Positions 47,137 through 57,324 of a stretch of 64,000 bases of DNA are shown piece by piece. Position numbers and translations under genes: made by a program. How positions within the stretch are numbered: position 1 is the first letter of the stretch; every line of letters begins with the position of its first letter. The notes under the pieces are model-generated. The model saw nothing but the letters and a program-made list of their open reading frames with translations. It was not told the origin of the DNA and did not search any database. The DNA lies in sequence record LC768500.1. One strand, 5' to 3'.

Positions 47137-47811
47137 ATGGGTGTAAATTCTAGAACGATGTCGCTTTCTTACTACAAGACCAAAACGACAGATGAAAAAG
47201 ACGAGTTTCCTATTGACTCCGATATCAATACTGTCATCTTTGATTTCGAAACCGCTTCGCTTGGCATTAATCCAGCGATCCTCAGTATGGGCGCGTTTGC
47301 TTTCGATCGGTTTAGTTTAGAAACCACACAACGTCGAATGAAGAATCCTCAGGATAAGGATACGTTTTATCGTAATCTTAATCTAAAGGAATCGTTCTTC
47401 TTGGGTTTCGACATCTCCAAAGAAACCGGAGAATGGCATTACAAAAAGAACGGAACTAACCTCGGTAAGATGTTAGAAAATGAGGTTTCTCCCTACGCGG
47501 CCTTACGGGAATTCAAACGCTTCATCATGTCTTATCGCCGTAAGACCGAGGACATGGTTATTCTGATTCGTCGCACTCACGCAGATTACATTTGGTTAGA
47601 GAATCTGTGTAAGCGATTGGATACAGAGATGTTCCTCAGGCACAACGACGTGATTGACATCCCAAGCATCGTGTTTGCTAAAACAGGTGACGTCAAAGGG
47701 CATTACACCCTAGAGGAAAGTTTGTTTGAGGACCTTGTAAGTCATCATGCGCTGACCGATTGTTATTTAGACGCGCTTCGCATTTGTTCGCTGTACCAAG
47801 AAACGAAGTAA
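47137..47811 (+). CDS. DEDDh 3'-5' exonuclease
   Basis: IFDFETAS..ILSMGAF; HHALTDC..DA. Confidence 0.85.
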   Translation: MGVNSRTMSLSYYKTKTTDEKDEFPIDSDINTVIFDFETASLGINPAILSMGAFAFDRFSLETTQRRMKNPQDKDTFYRNLNLKESFFLGFDISKETGEWHYKKNGTNLGKMLENEVSPYAALREFKRFIMSYRRKTEDMVILIRRTHADYIWLENLCKRLDTEMFLRHNDVIDIPSIVFAKTGDVKGHYTLEESLFEDLVSHHALTDCYLDALRICSLYQETK

Positions 47812-47866
47812 AAACGTAGAGGGGTTAACGCCCCTCTCTTATTTTGTCTTTTTAGGAATTAACATC

Positions 47867-47929
47867 ATGAGCGATAGGTACGAATGGAGTGACGTCTATA
47901 ACAAACTTCAGAAACTGGGGAAAGTATAA
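47867..47929 (+). CDS. 20 aa leader micro-ORF coupled to 47929
   Basis: Strong repeated leader; TAATG overlap. Confidence 0.45.
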   Translation: MSDRYEWSDVYNKLQKLGKV

Positions 47930-48366
47930 TGAGCTTACGCGCTTTGTATTGTGGTGGTGTTATTAAAAACGGGATAGTTGCTTGGGGTAATCACATTCCG
48001 GTTACGCATCGAGAAACTTTCCTTAAATTCAAATTTCAACTGAAAGGATGTAAATCGGCTGGGTTCTTAGGGGACGAAGAAGGGTATTTGAAGATCTACG
48101 GTAAGAGCATCAGTCTCAACATAGAGGCTAACGATTTTACCAATAAGCGGATCAGAGCCGGACAAGATAATTACCGGTTCTTCCGTTGCATGGTAACCGT
48201 TGGCAACTACGAGTTCCCGTTATTATTTTGCGGGACTTACGAACCTGAGTTCTTTGAGTTGCGTAAGGAGATCACCAGAGACGAGCTTGGTTACGCGTTA
48301 AGTCAGCTCGAACAATTGGGCTGCAATTATGTCAGCAACGGGCGTCGTACCGTTGACTGGCTCTAA
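47929..48366 (+). CDS. hypothetical protein
   Basis: 145 aa ORF. Confidence 0.6.
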   Translation: MSLRALYCGGVIKNGIVAWGNHIPVTHRETFLKFKFQLKGCKSAGFLGDEEGYLKIYGKSISLNIEANDFTNKRIRAGQDNYRFFRCMVTVGNYEFPLLFCGTYEPEFFELRKEITRDELGYALSQLEQLGCNYVSNGRRTVDWL

Positions 48367-48390
48367 TAACCATTTGTTTTAGGATATTCC

Positions 48391-49458
48391 ATGAATAATA
48401 AAAATCAGTTAGATCAAGCCATTGAGTACGTCGCCAATCATACTGCCGGAAGTGCGAACGGATTTCCGGAAAATTATTTTTGTGCTTTGTTAAATAAATC
48501 GGTGTCGGATATCAACCGCAGTACTCTCACCGTTAAAACAAAGACCGAATACGGGTATAAGGAGAATTATTTCGAAATCGTTTCTGTTATCGCCCACCAT
48601 CTTCCGTCAGAAATTTGTCTGCATCCTTTAGGGTTCGATTATGGTGTATTAGCATGTAAAGACTCTTTGGCGGTGGGGTACTTTAATTTTGATTACGGCA
48701 CCGGGTCATCTAAAATTTATTTGTTAGGTGATTCTAATTTTATCTCAAGTATTTCGGAAGTCATCAATCGTGTTTGTGATACCACTAAAGCTAGTGTGGT
48801 GACTGTGTTTGAAAACAGTTATAATGATGATATTATTCCGGCTATTAAACCTCTTTACTTGTCGGAAGGTCCGGACTACGATATTTTCTATCCCTACTTC
48901 GCTAAGACTATAAAAGAAACCTATGACGAGTTCATGGGCTCCAGTGCTAACGTTATGTTACTAATAGGACCTCCTGGTACCGGGAAATCGAATTACCTGG
49001 AGAAAACTATCAGACATACTAATTTTGAAAATAGAGTAGTCAAAATTGATGAGGCGGGAATTCTCCAGAACAAAAATCTGATTAAACGATTGCGCGATCT
49101 TCCAAGGGGATCTAAGGTTTTTGTCGAGGACGCCGATCTCTTTATTTCTAAACGTACCGACGGTAATCAGCAAATGTCAGGACTACTTAATGCGGTGAAC
49201 GGGATAGGTCGGTCAGATCTAAAAATATGGATCAGCACCAATCTGCCTGATGTTCGCAGTGTGGACAGAGCGCTCATTAGACCAGGACGACTGTTTGATA
49301 TCAGGGAGTTCAGATTGCTTACCATACCAGAAATCACAGAAATCAGAAAAAGTATGGGTCTTCCAGAGATTGACTTCGGATCAGAGGAGGCATTAACCTT
49401 AGCAGAAGCTATTAACGGAAAGATTCAATCTAGAGTTAACGACTCTTGGCTCAATTAA
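48391..49458 (+). CDS. AAA family ATPase
   Basis: GPPGTGKS, FVEDAD, STN, DRALIRPGRLFD. Confidence 0.9.
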   Translation: MNNKNQLDQAIEYVANHTAGSANGFPENYFCALLNKSVSDINRSTLTVKTKTEYGYKENYFEIVSVIAHHLPSEICLHPLGFDYGVLACKDSLAVGYFNFDYGTGSSKIYLLGDSNFISSISEVINRVCDTTKASVVTVFENSYNDDIIPAIKPLYLSEGPDYDIFYPYFAKTIKETYDEFMGSSANVMLLIGPPGTGKSNYLEKTIRHTNFENRVVKIDEAGILQNKNLIKRLRDLPRGSKVFVEDADLFISKRTDGNQQMSGLLNAVNGIGRSDLKIWISTNLPDVRSVDRALIRPGRLFDIREFRLLTIPEITEIRKSMGLPEIDFGSEEALTLAEAINGKIQSRVNDSWLN

Positions 49459-49485
49459 CCCCAATTGATTTTAGGAACAGCATCC

Positions 49486-50040
49486 ATGATTTTACAATCA
49501 GTCACCGTCGGTGGGAAGAGAACCTCGATAGAAATAGAAGAAGGTCTAGTCAACGTTTGGTTATTAGCTAAACACGACGTCTTCTTACAAAACCTGGAGC
49601 CTAAGGTTTGCCATGCGTTGATTAAAGAACATATCGAACGCAATATTACCCGTCGACCCGACATTCCTTTAACAGCCCAAGTACGCGAGCTGATGTACCG
49701 TGATATTACCATTAAGCTCAACGGTAAACCAAACTCGGTCATTCCCGTAATTAAAGTAAGACCGAGTAAAACCAGAAACCAGCTGAACCGAATCGTCAAA
49801 GAGTACTTCACGGTAAACAGCATGGAGTTCGATAAGAAACTCACTGTTGGGGAAATGCGTAAATTGGAGAAATACCTCCTTTCATTTTACAAAGAACCCG
49901 TGCAGATTCACAAGAAAGAATTCCCTAATGGGGTTTATAAACTCATCGGCGTGGAATACGAAAATGAGCGGTTTGAAATAACCTTCTCTGACGATTTCTT
50001 CTTCGCTTTATATAAGGGTCCAGAATACCATGTTCAATAA
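49486..50040 (+). CDS. protein with an N-terminal ribbon-helix-helix-like segment
   Basis: QSVTVGGKRTSIEIE. Confidence 0.55.
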   Translation: MILQSVTVGGKRTSIEIEEGLVNVWLLAKHDVFLQNLEPKVCHALIKEHIERNITRRPDIPLTAQVRELMYRDITIKLNGKPNSVIPVIKVRPSKTRNQLNRIVKEYFTVNSMEFDKKLTVGEMRKLEKYLLSFYKEPVQIHKKEFPNGVYKLIGVEYENERFEITFSDDFFFALYKGPEYHVQ

Positions 50041-50449
50041 TGTCATTTTATTTGTCTATGACGACAGTGAGCTCGCTACCCAGTACACCGTGGCTAATAA
50101 AGCTGGAACAAGAAGATTAACAACCCCGGGTCACAGTGTTCTCTTATCTGACGTCAAAGACAGGGTGGGGAAAAGCAGTTTCCATAACAGCATTGTGGTA
50201 TTTGTACGAGGAGGGGCTTTCTTTGTTTTCATGTGCGGGTCCGTTCTATACGGATTGGTGGGTGATCTCGATCACCTTCTGGATCACTTGTTGAAGATCA
50301 GGGACGAACTCAATACTCGGGCAGACATACGCAATCGGACAATACTGCATATCTCCGAGGCAGGATTCGGGCGGTACGACATCATTCCGACCATCGATCC
50401 CGTCGCGCACAAGGCATTGGCTGATTACCAAAATAATAAATTATTCTAA
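50030..50449 (+). CDS. hypothetical protein
   Basis: Coupled ORF. Confidence 0.6.
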   Translation: MFNNVILFVYDDSELATQYTVANKAGTRRLTTPGHSVLLSDVKDRVGKSSFHNSIVVFVRGGAFFVFMCGSVLYGLVGDLDHLLDHLLKIRDELNTRADIRNRTILHISEAGFGRYDIIPTIDPVAHKALADYQNNKLF

Positions 50450-50452
50450 CCG

Positions 50453-50484
50453 TTACTGGAGTGGGGGATCCCCCACTCCAGTAA
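50453..50484. terminator. perfect 32 bp palindrome followed by a T-tract
   Basis: TTACTGGAGTGGGGGA/TCCCCCACTCCAGTAA. Confidence 0.8.
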
Positions 50485-50508
50485 GTTTTTTTTATATTAT
50501 TTTAAAAC

Positions 50509-50516
50509 TATATTAC
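50509..50516 (+). promoter_or_regulatory. TATATTAC early promoter motif
   Basis: Exact match, intergenic, directly after a terminator. Confidence 0.65.
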
Positions 50517-50559
50517 CTAAACGTATAGACAACTTCTTTTATTTAACTGGAGTAGTAAA

Positions 50560-50808
50560 ATGATTTATTTCGATTTAGATTTTTTACTCGGGTCAAAAAT
50601 CACGAAAGAAGAATTTAAGGAGCTATTTCCGGATGCAGATCCGGACCATCTATCCTGTTCCTCTACCGAGGAGGAAATTGATTTCGAAAATGCTTTTTGT
50701 GCGGAAGATCCTTATGATTCGGAAATCCTTCACCGATCCGTACCCATAATCGAAGGATCAAAATCAGATTTAATTTCGTCATACAAATTAGCGGAGGATG
50801 AGATATGA
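50560..50808 (+). CDS. small acidic protein
   Basis: GGAG SD. Confidence 0.6.
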   Translation: MIYFDLDFLLGSKITKEEFKELFPDADPDHLSCSSTEEEIDFENAFCAEDPYDSEILHRSVPIIEGSKSDLISSYKLAEDEI

Positions 50809-51797
50809 TTATTGCTTTAAAAACGTTTGTTGGCAGTAAACTGTTTGGATTAGAAACAGAGAATTCGGATACGGATATAAAGGGAATTTATATTCCTTCT
50901 GCTAAGGATATTCTTCTGCATCGTTATTACCCTGTGATCGATAAATCTTCTAATAAGGGGACTTATCGAGCCAACAAGCCGGAAGATACAGATGAAGTCT
51001 ATTTCTCTTTGGACAAATTTATCGATCTTCTCATAAAAGCCGATACAACGGCTTTCGATATGCTGCACGCACCAGAAAGCAAAATCCTCATCTCCACTGA
51101 CATTCATCACGAGCTTTGGAGAAACCGGTCCAAATTTTACACCAGCCGATTGGATGGTCTGTTCGGCCAGGTTATTACCGAAGCGAATACTTACGGTGTT
51201 CGGAGTATGCGAGCTGCCGTTTTAAAAGAGGTCGTTGAAATCGTTTCTTCGTGGGATGATTTTAAATTGTCGGGCTGCAGATTGGGTGGACTAATTTCTC
51301 AGCTCCCAGTAGATAACGTGTACACGCGTATAACGCGGGATGAGACACAGAGGGCCGGCTGTCAGGATTTCTATGAAATTCTAGATCGTAAATTTCAGTA
51401 CACCATCTCGGCTTTGAAATTCAAAACCGCTATTCTGGAATTATGGTCTTCCTACGGAGAAAGGGTTAAGAAGGTGGAGTTATCTGGGGGTAATGATTGG
51501 AAGGCGTTAAGCCATGCTTTCAGAATCGGATATCAGCTGTTAGATATCTATCGAGAGGGCGATTACACCTTCCCTTTAAAGCAAAGCTCTACGATTATGA
51601 AAATTAAACTCGGGGAGGTTTCAGAAGAAGAATCAAGAGAAATGCTGAATCAACTCATTTCCGATGTTAAAACTGCAGCAGGTAAATCCGGACTTCCTAC
51701 TGAAATCGATCCAGAGCCATGGTACGATTGGGTTGCGGACGTTTACGCCGGAGTGGTAAAGAAAGCTTATTTACCTAAAGGATTCAGACTATCCTGA
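50805..51797 (+). CDS. Pol-beta superfamily nucleotidyltransferase (T4 NrdC.11-like)
   Basis: GSKLFGLETENSDTDIKGIY; WKALSHAFR. Confidence 0.85.
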   Translation: MIIALKTFVGSKLFGLETENSDTDIKGIYIPSAKDILLHRYYPVIDKSSNKGTYRANKPEDTDEVYFSLDKFIDLLIKADTTAFDMLHAPESKILISTDIHHELWRNRSKFYTSRLDGLFGQVITEANTYGVRSMRAAVLKEVVEIVSSWDDFKLSGCRLGGLISQLPVDNVYTRITRDETQRAGCQDFYEILDRKFQYTISALKFKTAILELWSSYGERVKKVELSGGNDWKALSHAFRIGYQLLDIYREGDYTFPLKQSSTIMKIKLGEVSEEESREMLNQLISDVKTAAGKSGLPTEIDPEPWYDWVADVYAGVVKKAYLPKGFRLS

Positions 51798-51872
51798 CAT
51801 CAGCGATGTTTTTAGGAAACTGTTTTTCTGTAGGTGATTTATTCCCTCTTCCTCTTAATCAGGATCTTTAAA

Positions 51873-52139
51873 ATGAAATATTTCTTAGGGTTGTTAGTTT
51901 TGTGTTGCGGTTTGTCTTATGCAAAAAACACTACGGTAAACGGGAGTTGTGTTGCGATGGATCATTACGAAAAGACGGTCTATCAGTGCAGCGATGGAAC
52001 GGTAACCGTCATGGACCACGACAACGCGACCATTTGTCGTCCCAATGATTCTGCTGTAACTGGTGGCGCACAACGCTGCTACCGGGTGGATTTAAAAACT
52101 GGGGAAGCGCATGAAATAGAAAAAGGGGTTAAGAAATGA
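51873..52139 (+). CDS. small secreted Cys-containing protein
   Basis: Signal peptide MKYFLGLLVLCCGLSYA. Confidence 0.65.
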   Translation: MKYFLGLLVLCCGLSYAKNTTVNGSCVAMDHYEKTVYQCSDGTVTVMDHDNATICRPNDSAVTGGAQRCYRVDLKTGEAHEIEKGVKK

Positions 52140-52348
52140 CCGATTTCTTTTTCGCTCCGGTTTCTAAGGGATGGTTTATCGTTCAGGTCATGTGCACGGT
52201 TTACGTTTTGCTAAAATGCGTAACGTCCTATATCGAATACTGCAAGAACCCGAATAAAACTGATCTGATCATTTATTGGATTCAGGCGGGACTCGGGATA
52301 ATTGTGACAACAAAAACGATTTGTTTCTTGGCGGCTGGGAGTTTCTAA
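52136..52348 (+). CDS. membrane protein
   Basis: Two TM segments. Confidence 0.6.
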   Translation: MTDFFFAPVSKGWFIVQVMCTVYVLLKCVTSYIEYCKNPNKTDLIIYWIQAGLGIIVTTKTICFLAAGSF

Positions 52349-52424
52349 ATGAAAAGCGTTCCCAATCGACCAGGGATAAACTCAGACGCTTGAAAATCCA
52401 CAGTGCCCTGGAGGTTCCTTTGGT

Positions 52425-52763
52425 ATGGAACATGAATTAAAAATAGCTTTAGCAAGTTACGGAAGATTAACTATATTAAACCCACTCAGGGGGATCATAG
52501 GCCATTTTGTCCCAAGATTAATAGTAGAGTGGTCAGTAGAAGAAAGAACGCTCAGATTCCGTCCTAGCGGCACTGAGGGGAATAAGTATTATAAAGGGTT
52601 TATTAAGTTAAGTCCTACCGCATGTGTCCATTTAATAGCGCCTATTCTTAGAAAAGCAGAATACGGTAAAAAGATGGATAATCCAGATATCGTTGAAGTT
52701 CTTGGACATACTGTTACCATCAAAGTCAAAGAACAAGACGGCTGGTATTGCGCACAATTTTAA
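52425..52763 (+). CDS. hypothetical protein
   Basis: 112 aa ORF. Confidence 0.5.
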   Translation: MEHELKIALASYGRLTILNPLRGIIGHFVPRLIVEWSVEERTLRFRPSGTEGNKYYKGFIKLSPTACVHLIAPILRKAEYGKKMDNPDIVEVLGHTVTIKVKEQDGWYCAQF

Positions 52764-52791
52764 CTCGAGTATCAATTTAGGAAAAAATATC

Positions 52792-53241
52792 ATGCAATTA
52801 GATAACATTTGGTTTTTCGGTATAGACGCAGAAGATCTAGAAAATTTTAAAGCGATCTTTACCGTAGAAGGGTTAAAGGAACCCTTTGATTTTAATTTCA
52901 TTCCCTTCACCATTTCGCCTCAGTCGATGGTCGCTCACACTAAAGAACTGACGATCACGCTTTACCCCGTTAAAGAGAAAATTTTATTAAACGGTAAAGT
53001 AGAACAAACGATCTTTAAAGGTTCCGACGGAAGGTTGTATTTTAACCTGGGTTCGATTATCCAGGTGATGAATAGCCAAATAGCCGCCTTTGTAGCCAAA
53101 TCCTTTTCTGGGTTTAATAAACTAGGCTGGTTTATTAAAGAGATCGACGGAAGTTTTATCCTATTCAACGTCCAGAGCTTCAGTGACGAGGGGTTGATTA
53201 AACTGTATCGATCCTCTAGCGTAACCGATAGCTCTAATTAA
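52792..53241 (+). CDS. hypothetical protein
   Basis: ATG at 52792 with repeated leader. Confidence 0.7.
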   Translation: MQLDNIWFFGIDAEDLENFKAIFTVEGLKEPFDFNFIPFTISPQSMVAHTKELTITLYPVKEKILLNGKVEQTIFKGSDGRLYFNLGSIIQVMNSQIAAFVAKSFSGFNKLGWFIKEIDGSFILFNVQSFSDEGLIKLYRSSSVTDSSN

Positions 53242-53250
53242 GGAAACCCT

Positions 53251-53442
53251 ATGGTAATCTCAAACGCTGTTATCGTGTTGGTGGTTTGGCTCACCGTTAT
53301 CCCTCTCCTAATCTGGGAGACGCGTAACGACGGTTACAAGCCGTTGAAGCGCTATATCTTCATCGTCATATGGCCTATCTCTGCGGTAGGGATATTTTTA
53401 CATATCGTCTGGCAACTCCTGAAATATAAAGGATGGAAATAA
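53251..53442 (+). CDS. membrane protein
   Basis: Two TM segments; AAGGA SD. Confidence 0.6.
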   Translation: MVISNAVIVLVVWLTVIPLLIWETRNDGYKPLKRYIFIVIWPISAVGIFLHIVWQLLKYKGWK

Positions 53443-53789
53443 TGGGAATATTCTACACCGGATTAATCCTTATTGCCGGCCTTTTATTCGGGGTGGGATA
53501 CTTGCTCTTTAAAAAGAGAAAAGACCCGCAGCTGGTATACTGGGACGACTGGATAAAACTTCATTGGAAGAAGTTTTTAATTGTCTTAATGATCTCGCTG
53601 GGTGCTTATACTCTAATTTGTATCAAGCCCCTTTACCACACAACCAAATGTTATTTCTACGGTAAAACGTATAAGACATACACCGAATACAGTTGGATTA
53701 TTGGTGAGTGTTTGTATAAAGGTAAGACTGGGGCAATGTTGCCTTTGCAGATCACTCGGGATAATCCAGACGGAGACGTCGAGGAGTAG
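53433..53789 (+). CDS. membrane protein
   Basis: Two TM segments plus a Cys pair. Confidence 0.65.
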   Translation: MEIMGIFYTGLILIAGLLFGVGYLLFKKRKDPQLVYWDDWIKLHWKKFLIVLMISLGAYTLICIKPLYHTTKCYFYGKTYKTYTEYSWIIGECLYKGKTGAMLPLQITRDNPDGDVEE

Positions 53790-53792
53790 AAC

Positions 53793-54230
53793 ATGATTTG
53801 GGTAAAACAAGCCTGTTCGTTATGGTACGAAAAAAGAACATTGAAAGACTGGGGTGAGATCCTCACTTTTATTAGTATGTTCTGTCTGATTGTAACACTA
53901 TGTGCAAGTTTTGCAACTAGTTCTGTTCTTTGGCTAACATTGTGCGCGATCAATATAGTGCTGATGATTTCTTTAGGGCCTTTGTTCGACTGGTTACACA
54001 AAAACAAATCCACGATCGTAATGAGGGTAGAGCGCGAAAGGATGTTAAAAGATCCTTTCGATAGCATGATCCACGCTTATCTGGAAACAGACGGCTCTGA
54101 TATTGAAGAACTGTTGGACGTACTGCGAATGGACTCGTTTACGTTACACAATCAAATTAAAAACACGGAGCTTAAAAGTAGGGTGTCTGACGCTATCGCC
54201 AAGATGCAGCGAAAACAAAGCTCAAATTAA
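53793..54230 (+). CDS. membrane protein
   Basis: Two TM segments. Confidence 0.65.
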   Translation: MIWVKQACSLWYEKRTLKDWGEILTFISMFCLIVTLCASFATSSVLWLTLCAINIVLMISLGPLFDWLHKNKSTIVMRVERERMLKDPFDSMIHAYLETDGSDIEELLDVLRMDSFTLHNQIKNTELKSRVSDAIAKMQRKQSSN

Positions 54231-54242
54231 TTAGGAAAACAA

Positions 54243-55106
54243 ATGAAAACAGCAGAACAACAGTATTTGGATTTAGGGTCTCGCATTGTCGAAGAAGGTG
54301 TGTGGGTAGAAAACAAACGAACCGGCGTTCGTTGCCTAACTGTGGCCAATGAAACTCTTCATTACGACGTGGAAAATGGTTCAACTCCTGTTCTCTCCAC
54401 TCGCCCCGTCCCTTATAAAGGAGGGTTAGGGGAATTCATCGCTTACCTGCAAGGGAAAGGGAACGCTGCTGAATTCCGCGAACTGGGCTCCAACACCTGG
54501 AACTCCAATGCCAACGAGAACGAAACCTGGTTGAAAAATCCTAACCGTAAAGGCGAGGATGACATGGGTCGAGTCTATGGCGTTCAAGGTCGAGATTGGA
54601 CTAACCAATTCGGTGCTAAGTTAGACCAGCTGAAGAAAATCATCGACAATCTTAATCGAGGTATTGATGATCGCGGAGAGATTCTGACTTTCTGGAATCC
54701 CGGGGAATTTGAATATGGGTGTTTGCGTCCTTGTATGCACACGCACCAGTTTACCTTACTCGGTAATAAACTCCACCTCACCTCGGTGCAAAGAAGCTTC
54801 GATTGGGCGTTAGGCGGACCGGCAAATATGCTTCAATGTTATTTCTTCTTACAGCTGATGGCTCAGGTCACGGGACATATCGCCGGTCAGGTCACTCATC
54901 ACGTGGTCAACGCGCATATCTACGAGAACCAGCTGGAGTTGGCTAAAGAGCAACTCAAAAGAACTCCTCACCGAACAGATACTCAGTTCTGGGTTAATCC
55001 AAATATCCGCACCCTGGAAGATATCGATAAGATGACTAAGCACGACGTCAAACTTATCGGTTACTTCAGCGACTACGACCCGATCAAATATCCGTTTACG
55101 GTGTAA
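54243..55106 (+). CDS. thyA: thymidylate synthase
   Basis: MGRVYGVQGR, LRPCMH catalytic Cys, QRS.D, HIYENQ; no intron. Confidence 0.95.
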   Translation: MKTAEQQYLDLGSRIVEEGVWVENKRTGVRCLTVANETLHYDVENGSTPVLSTRPVPYKGGLGEFIAYLQGKGNAAEFRELGSNTWNSNANENETWLKNPNRKGEDDMGRVYGVQGRDWTNQFGAKLDQLKKIIDNLNRGIDDRGEILTFWNPGEFEYGCLRPCMHTHQFTLLGNKLHLTSVQRSFDWALGGPANMLQCYFFLQLMAQVTGHIAGQVTHHVVNAHIYENQLELAKEQLKRTPHRTDTQFWVNPNIRTLEDIDKMTKHDVKLIGYFSDYDPIKYPFTV

Positions 55107-55125
55107 CTCGCAATAAAACAAAAAC

Positions 55126-55158
55126 TTTATCCTACCTGGGAATCCCAGGTAGGATAAA
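55126..55158. terminator. 16 bp-arm palindrome
   Basis: TTTATCCTACCTGGGA-A-TCCCAGGTAGGATAAA. Confidence 0.75.
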
Positions 55159-55247
55159 TAAAGTTTATCTTTTTTGGATGACGTTGCCCTCGGCTTTACG
55201 TTTGGTAAAATGAGAGGATCCGCAGAGTCGGACGAAAGGAAATCACT

Positions 55248-56243
55248 ATGAATAGTGTGGAAACGATTTTTAACCATTTAGAATTAAAAACATACCGATC
55301 GTTGTCTTATAACGATAGTGTTAAAATGCTTTACGAAAGATTAAAAGAAAAGGTAAAGGAAGACCCTACATTTGAACTATGGGTTCCCCTTAAATTAAGA
55401 AGTCACAGGTGGTCCCAACAAGAATACGCCAAGTCCGAGTTCATCCAAACCGATTTTGTTCTAGTGAGCAACTTAGGTGGGATCTATCGAAAAGAAGGCC
55501 CCCATAAAGGAATTCGACCCCTTAATCATCAGTTACGGGGGTATAGTTCAAGATCTTTTAAAATTGAAAATATAGTGGTCCATAGTGTCTTACACAGGAT
55601 AGTCGCATCGTGCTTCGTCCCGGTTCCGGATGAATTGTTACATGTGGACTCTGACGATCTACAAGTTAATCATAAAAATGGAATTAAATCACAGAGTGAT
55701 TTTTTAAATTTGGAATGGTGTACGCATTCACAAAACATCAAACACGCCGCCGATACCGGACTTAGACATTATAGGCGAGGTTTTGAAAATAAAAACTGCA
55801 AACCTGTTCTGGGAACTGTGGTCATAGAAGGAAAATATAAAGGCTTTAAATTTATAGTCGCCGGATCTTCTGAAATGAAAGAGATGTTGGGTTCTCAAGA
55901 TTCAACAACTCACATTTATGCGGTGCTTAAAGGCACCAGGAAAGAATGTAAAGGGTGTAGTTGGAGATATGCGACATTAGAAGATATCCAAGAATTATCC
56001 GGAGTCGTCCCCCCAAGTGAACTAATCGAATTAATAAAGGAGTACAATCCGATTAAAAAGGGGATCTTTATAGGTTCAAAGGAGGGACACCCCGACTTAA
56101 TATTTAAAACTTATAAAGAAGCGGAAGAACAGGGGTTTTCACCAAAGACTATAAATAAGTGTATCGGCGGTAAACTTAAAACCTATCGTGGGTACGCCTT
56201 CCGCATTAGATCTCTCGACGATTCAAAAACACTCACTTCATGA
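55248..56243 (+). CDS. free-standing HNH homing endonuclease
   Basis: VSNLGGI, LHRIVASCF, QVNHKNGIK..FLNLEWCTHSQNIKHA; NUMOD-like C-terminus. Confidence 0.9.
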   Translation: MNSVETIFNHLELKTYRSLSYNDSVKMLYERLKEKVKEDPTFELWVPLKLRSHRWSQQEYAKSEFIQTDFVLVSNLGGIYRKEGPHKGIRPLNHQLRGYSSRSFKIENIVVHSVLHRIVASCFVPVPDELLHVDSDDLQVNHKNGIKSQSDFLNLEWCTHSQNIKHAADTGLRHYRRGFENKNCKPVLGTVVIEGKYKGFKFIVAGSSEMKEMLGSQDSTTHIYAVLKGTRKECKGCSWRYATLEDIQELSGVVPPSELIELIKEYNPIKKGIFIGSKEGHPDLIFKTYKEAEEQGFSPKTINKCIGGKLKTYRGYAFRIRSLDDSKTLTS

Positions 56244-56610
56244 TCACATTCCCGACCGCTCTTTTTCTTGTAAAATGAGGTTCGCCAAATAGGCGAACCG
56301 CCCAATAAATTACAAGCCAGTAGCGCCAGCTGAGTTTTAAACGATAACGCATATTGTCTCGGAAGAGATTGTCACACTCTTTCCTTTCGTATAACCCCGA
56401 ACCATACATGTAATCGTGCACAGCTGCAGCCGGGAAATATTTATAGTAAGCTGGGTATAAACCCTGTAGCCAACGAGGAACACTCGCCCCGTCCGTTACC
56501 AAGCCTTTAGGGACAGTGACTTCTGGGGTCGGGTAATCTTCTCTGAACCGAAATTTATCTTCAGCTATAACGTAGTCAAGCGGGATGTCGGTAAAACTAA
56601 ATTCTTCCAT
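56233..56610 (-). CDS. DUF1353 family protein
   Basis: VPKGLVTDGASVP, AAAVHDYMY, CDNLF, VRLFG. Confidence 0.85.
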   Translation of the reverse strand: MEEFSFTDIPLDYVIAEDKFRFREDYPTPEVTVPKGLVTDGASVPRWLQGLYPAYYKYFPAAAVHDYMYGSGLYERKECDNLFRDNMRYRLKLSWRYWLVIYWAVRLFGEPHFTRKRAVGNVIMK

Positions 56611-56686
56611 TTCGCTATTCTCTGAATTAGTTAGTAATAAACGATCATAGCATTTTAGACTTTCGACACATAGAAGTTTTCAGTTC

Positions 56687-56694
56687 TATATTAC
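56687..56694 (+). promoter_or_regulatory. TATATTAC early promoter motif
   Basis: Exact match upstream of the LysM gene. Confidence 0.65.
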
Positions 56695-56732
56695 CTTTAT
56701 GTAAACACAACCTATCATTAAGGAAAGGCATC

Positions 56733-57278
56733 GTGAAACTCGTTAATCAAAAAGTTTATATTGTTAAGCCAGGCGATACGCTGTCAGAGATAGCAAACCA
56801 TTTTTGCGGAACTCCTGCTATCGGATACGACATAGCCGAGGACAACGGCATTATCAACGCTGGACTTATCTACTCCGGACAAAGGATTTGGATAAGAGAG
56901 GAATTCCTAAAGGAGGAATTTCGTCATGGGGTTAAAGATGAAATTTCCATAACGCCCATTCGCAGCGGTGGATTAATAAAAATAACCGAAGACCTCGTTG
57001 TTAAAAGTTTTGCTGGGATTAACATCACAGAAGCTGATTTCTGCGGTCCAAAAACTCGCGAGCTTGGGATCTTCGAGGGTTTCTTTTACGTGGTGTCCTC
57101 AAAAGAGGAGCTGAACCGCGTCCCGGGAATCATTGCGGTTAACAACAAAGGATCTTATTTCTTTCTGGCATTGGATGACGCCGGCCGCGTAGCGTCGTTT
57201 TATCCAGCTGAACGATTTGACATGGGGTTTATGGTTAGTGTAAAGGGCGCTTTACAATTATTGAAGACATTACCCTAA
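56733..57278 (+). CDS. LysM-domain protein
   Basis: YIVKPGDTLSEIA..IAEDNGI..LIYSGQRIWI. Confidence 0.85.
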   Translation: MKLVNQKVYIVKPGDTLSEIANHFCGTPAIGYDIAEDNGIINAGLIYSGQRIWIREEFLKEEFRHGVKDEISITPIRSGGLIKITEDLVVKSFAGINITEADFCGPKTRELGIFEGFFYVVSSKEELNRVPGIIAVNNKGSYFFLALDDAGRVASFYPAERFDMGFMVSVKGALQLLKTLP

Positions 57279-57324
57279 TTAACCATAAGAAATAACATCA
57301 AGATAAAATCCAACTGAGGACTGC

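Noticed and set aside
54243-55106. Group I intron in thyA with an intronic HNH
   Set aside because: thyA is a continuous full-length ORF and the HNH lies downstream of a terminator.
55170-55245. Hammerhead-like GGACGAAA upstream of the HNH gene
   Set aside because: The CUGAUGA core and stems I/III are absent; more likely just a leader/SD region.
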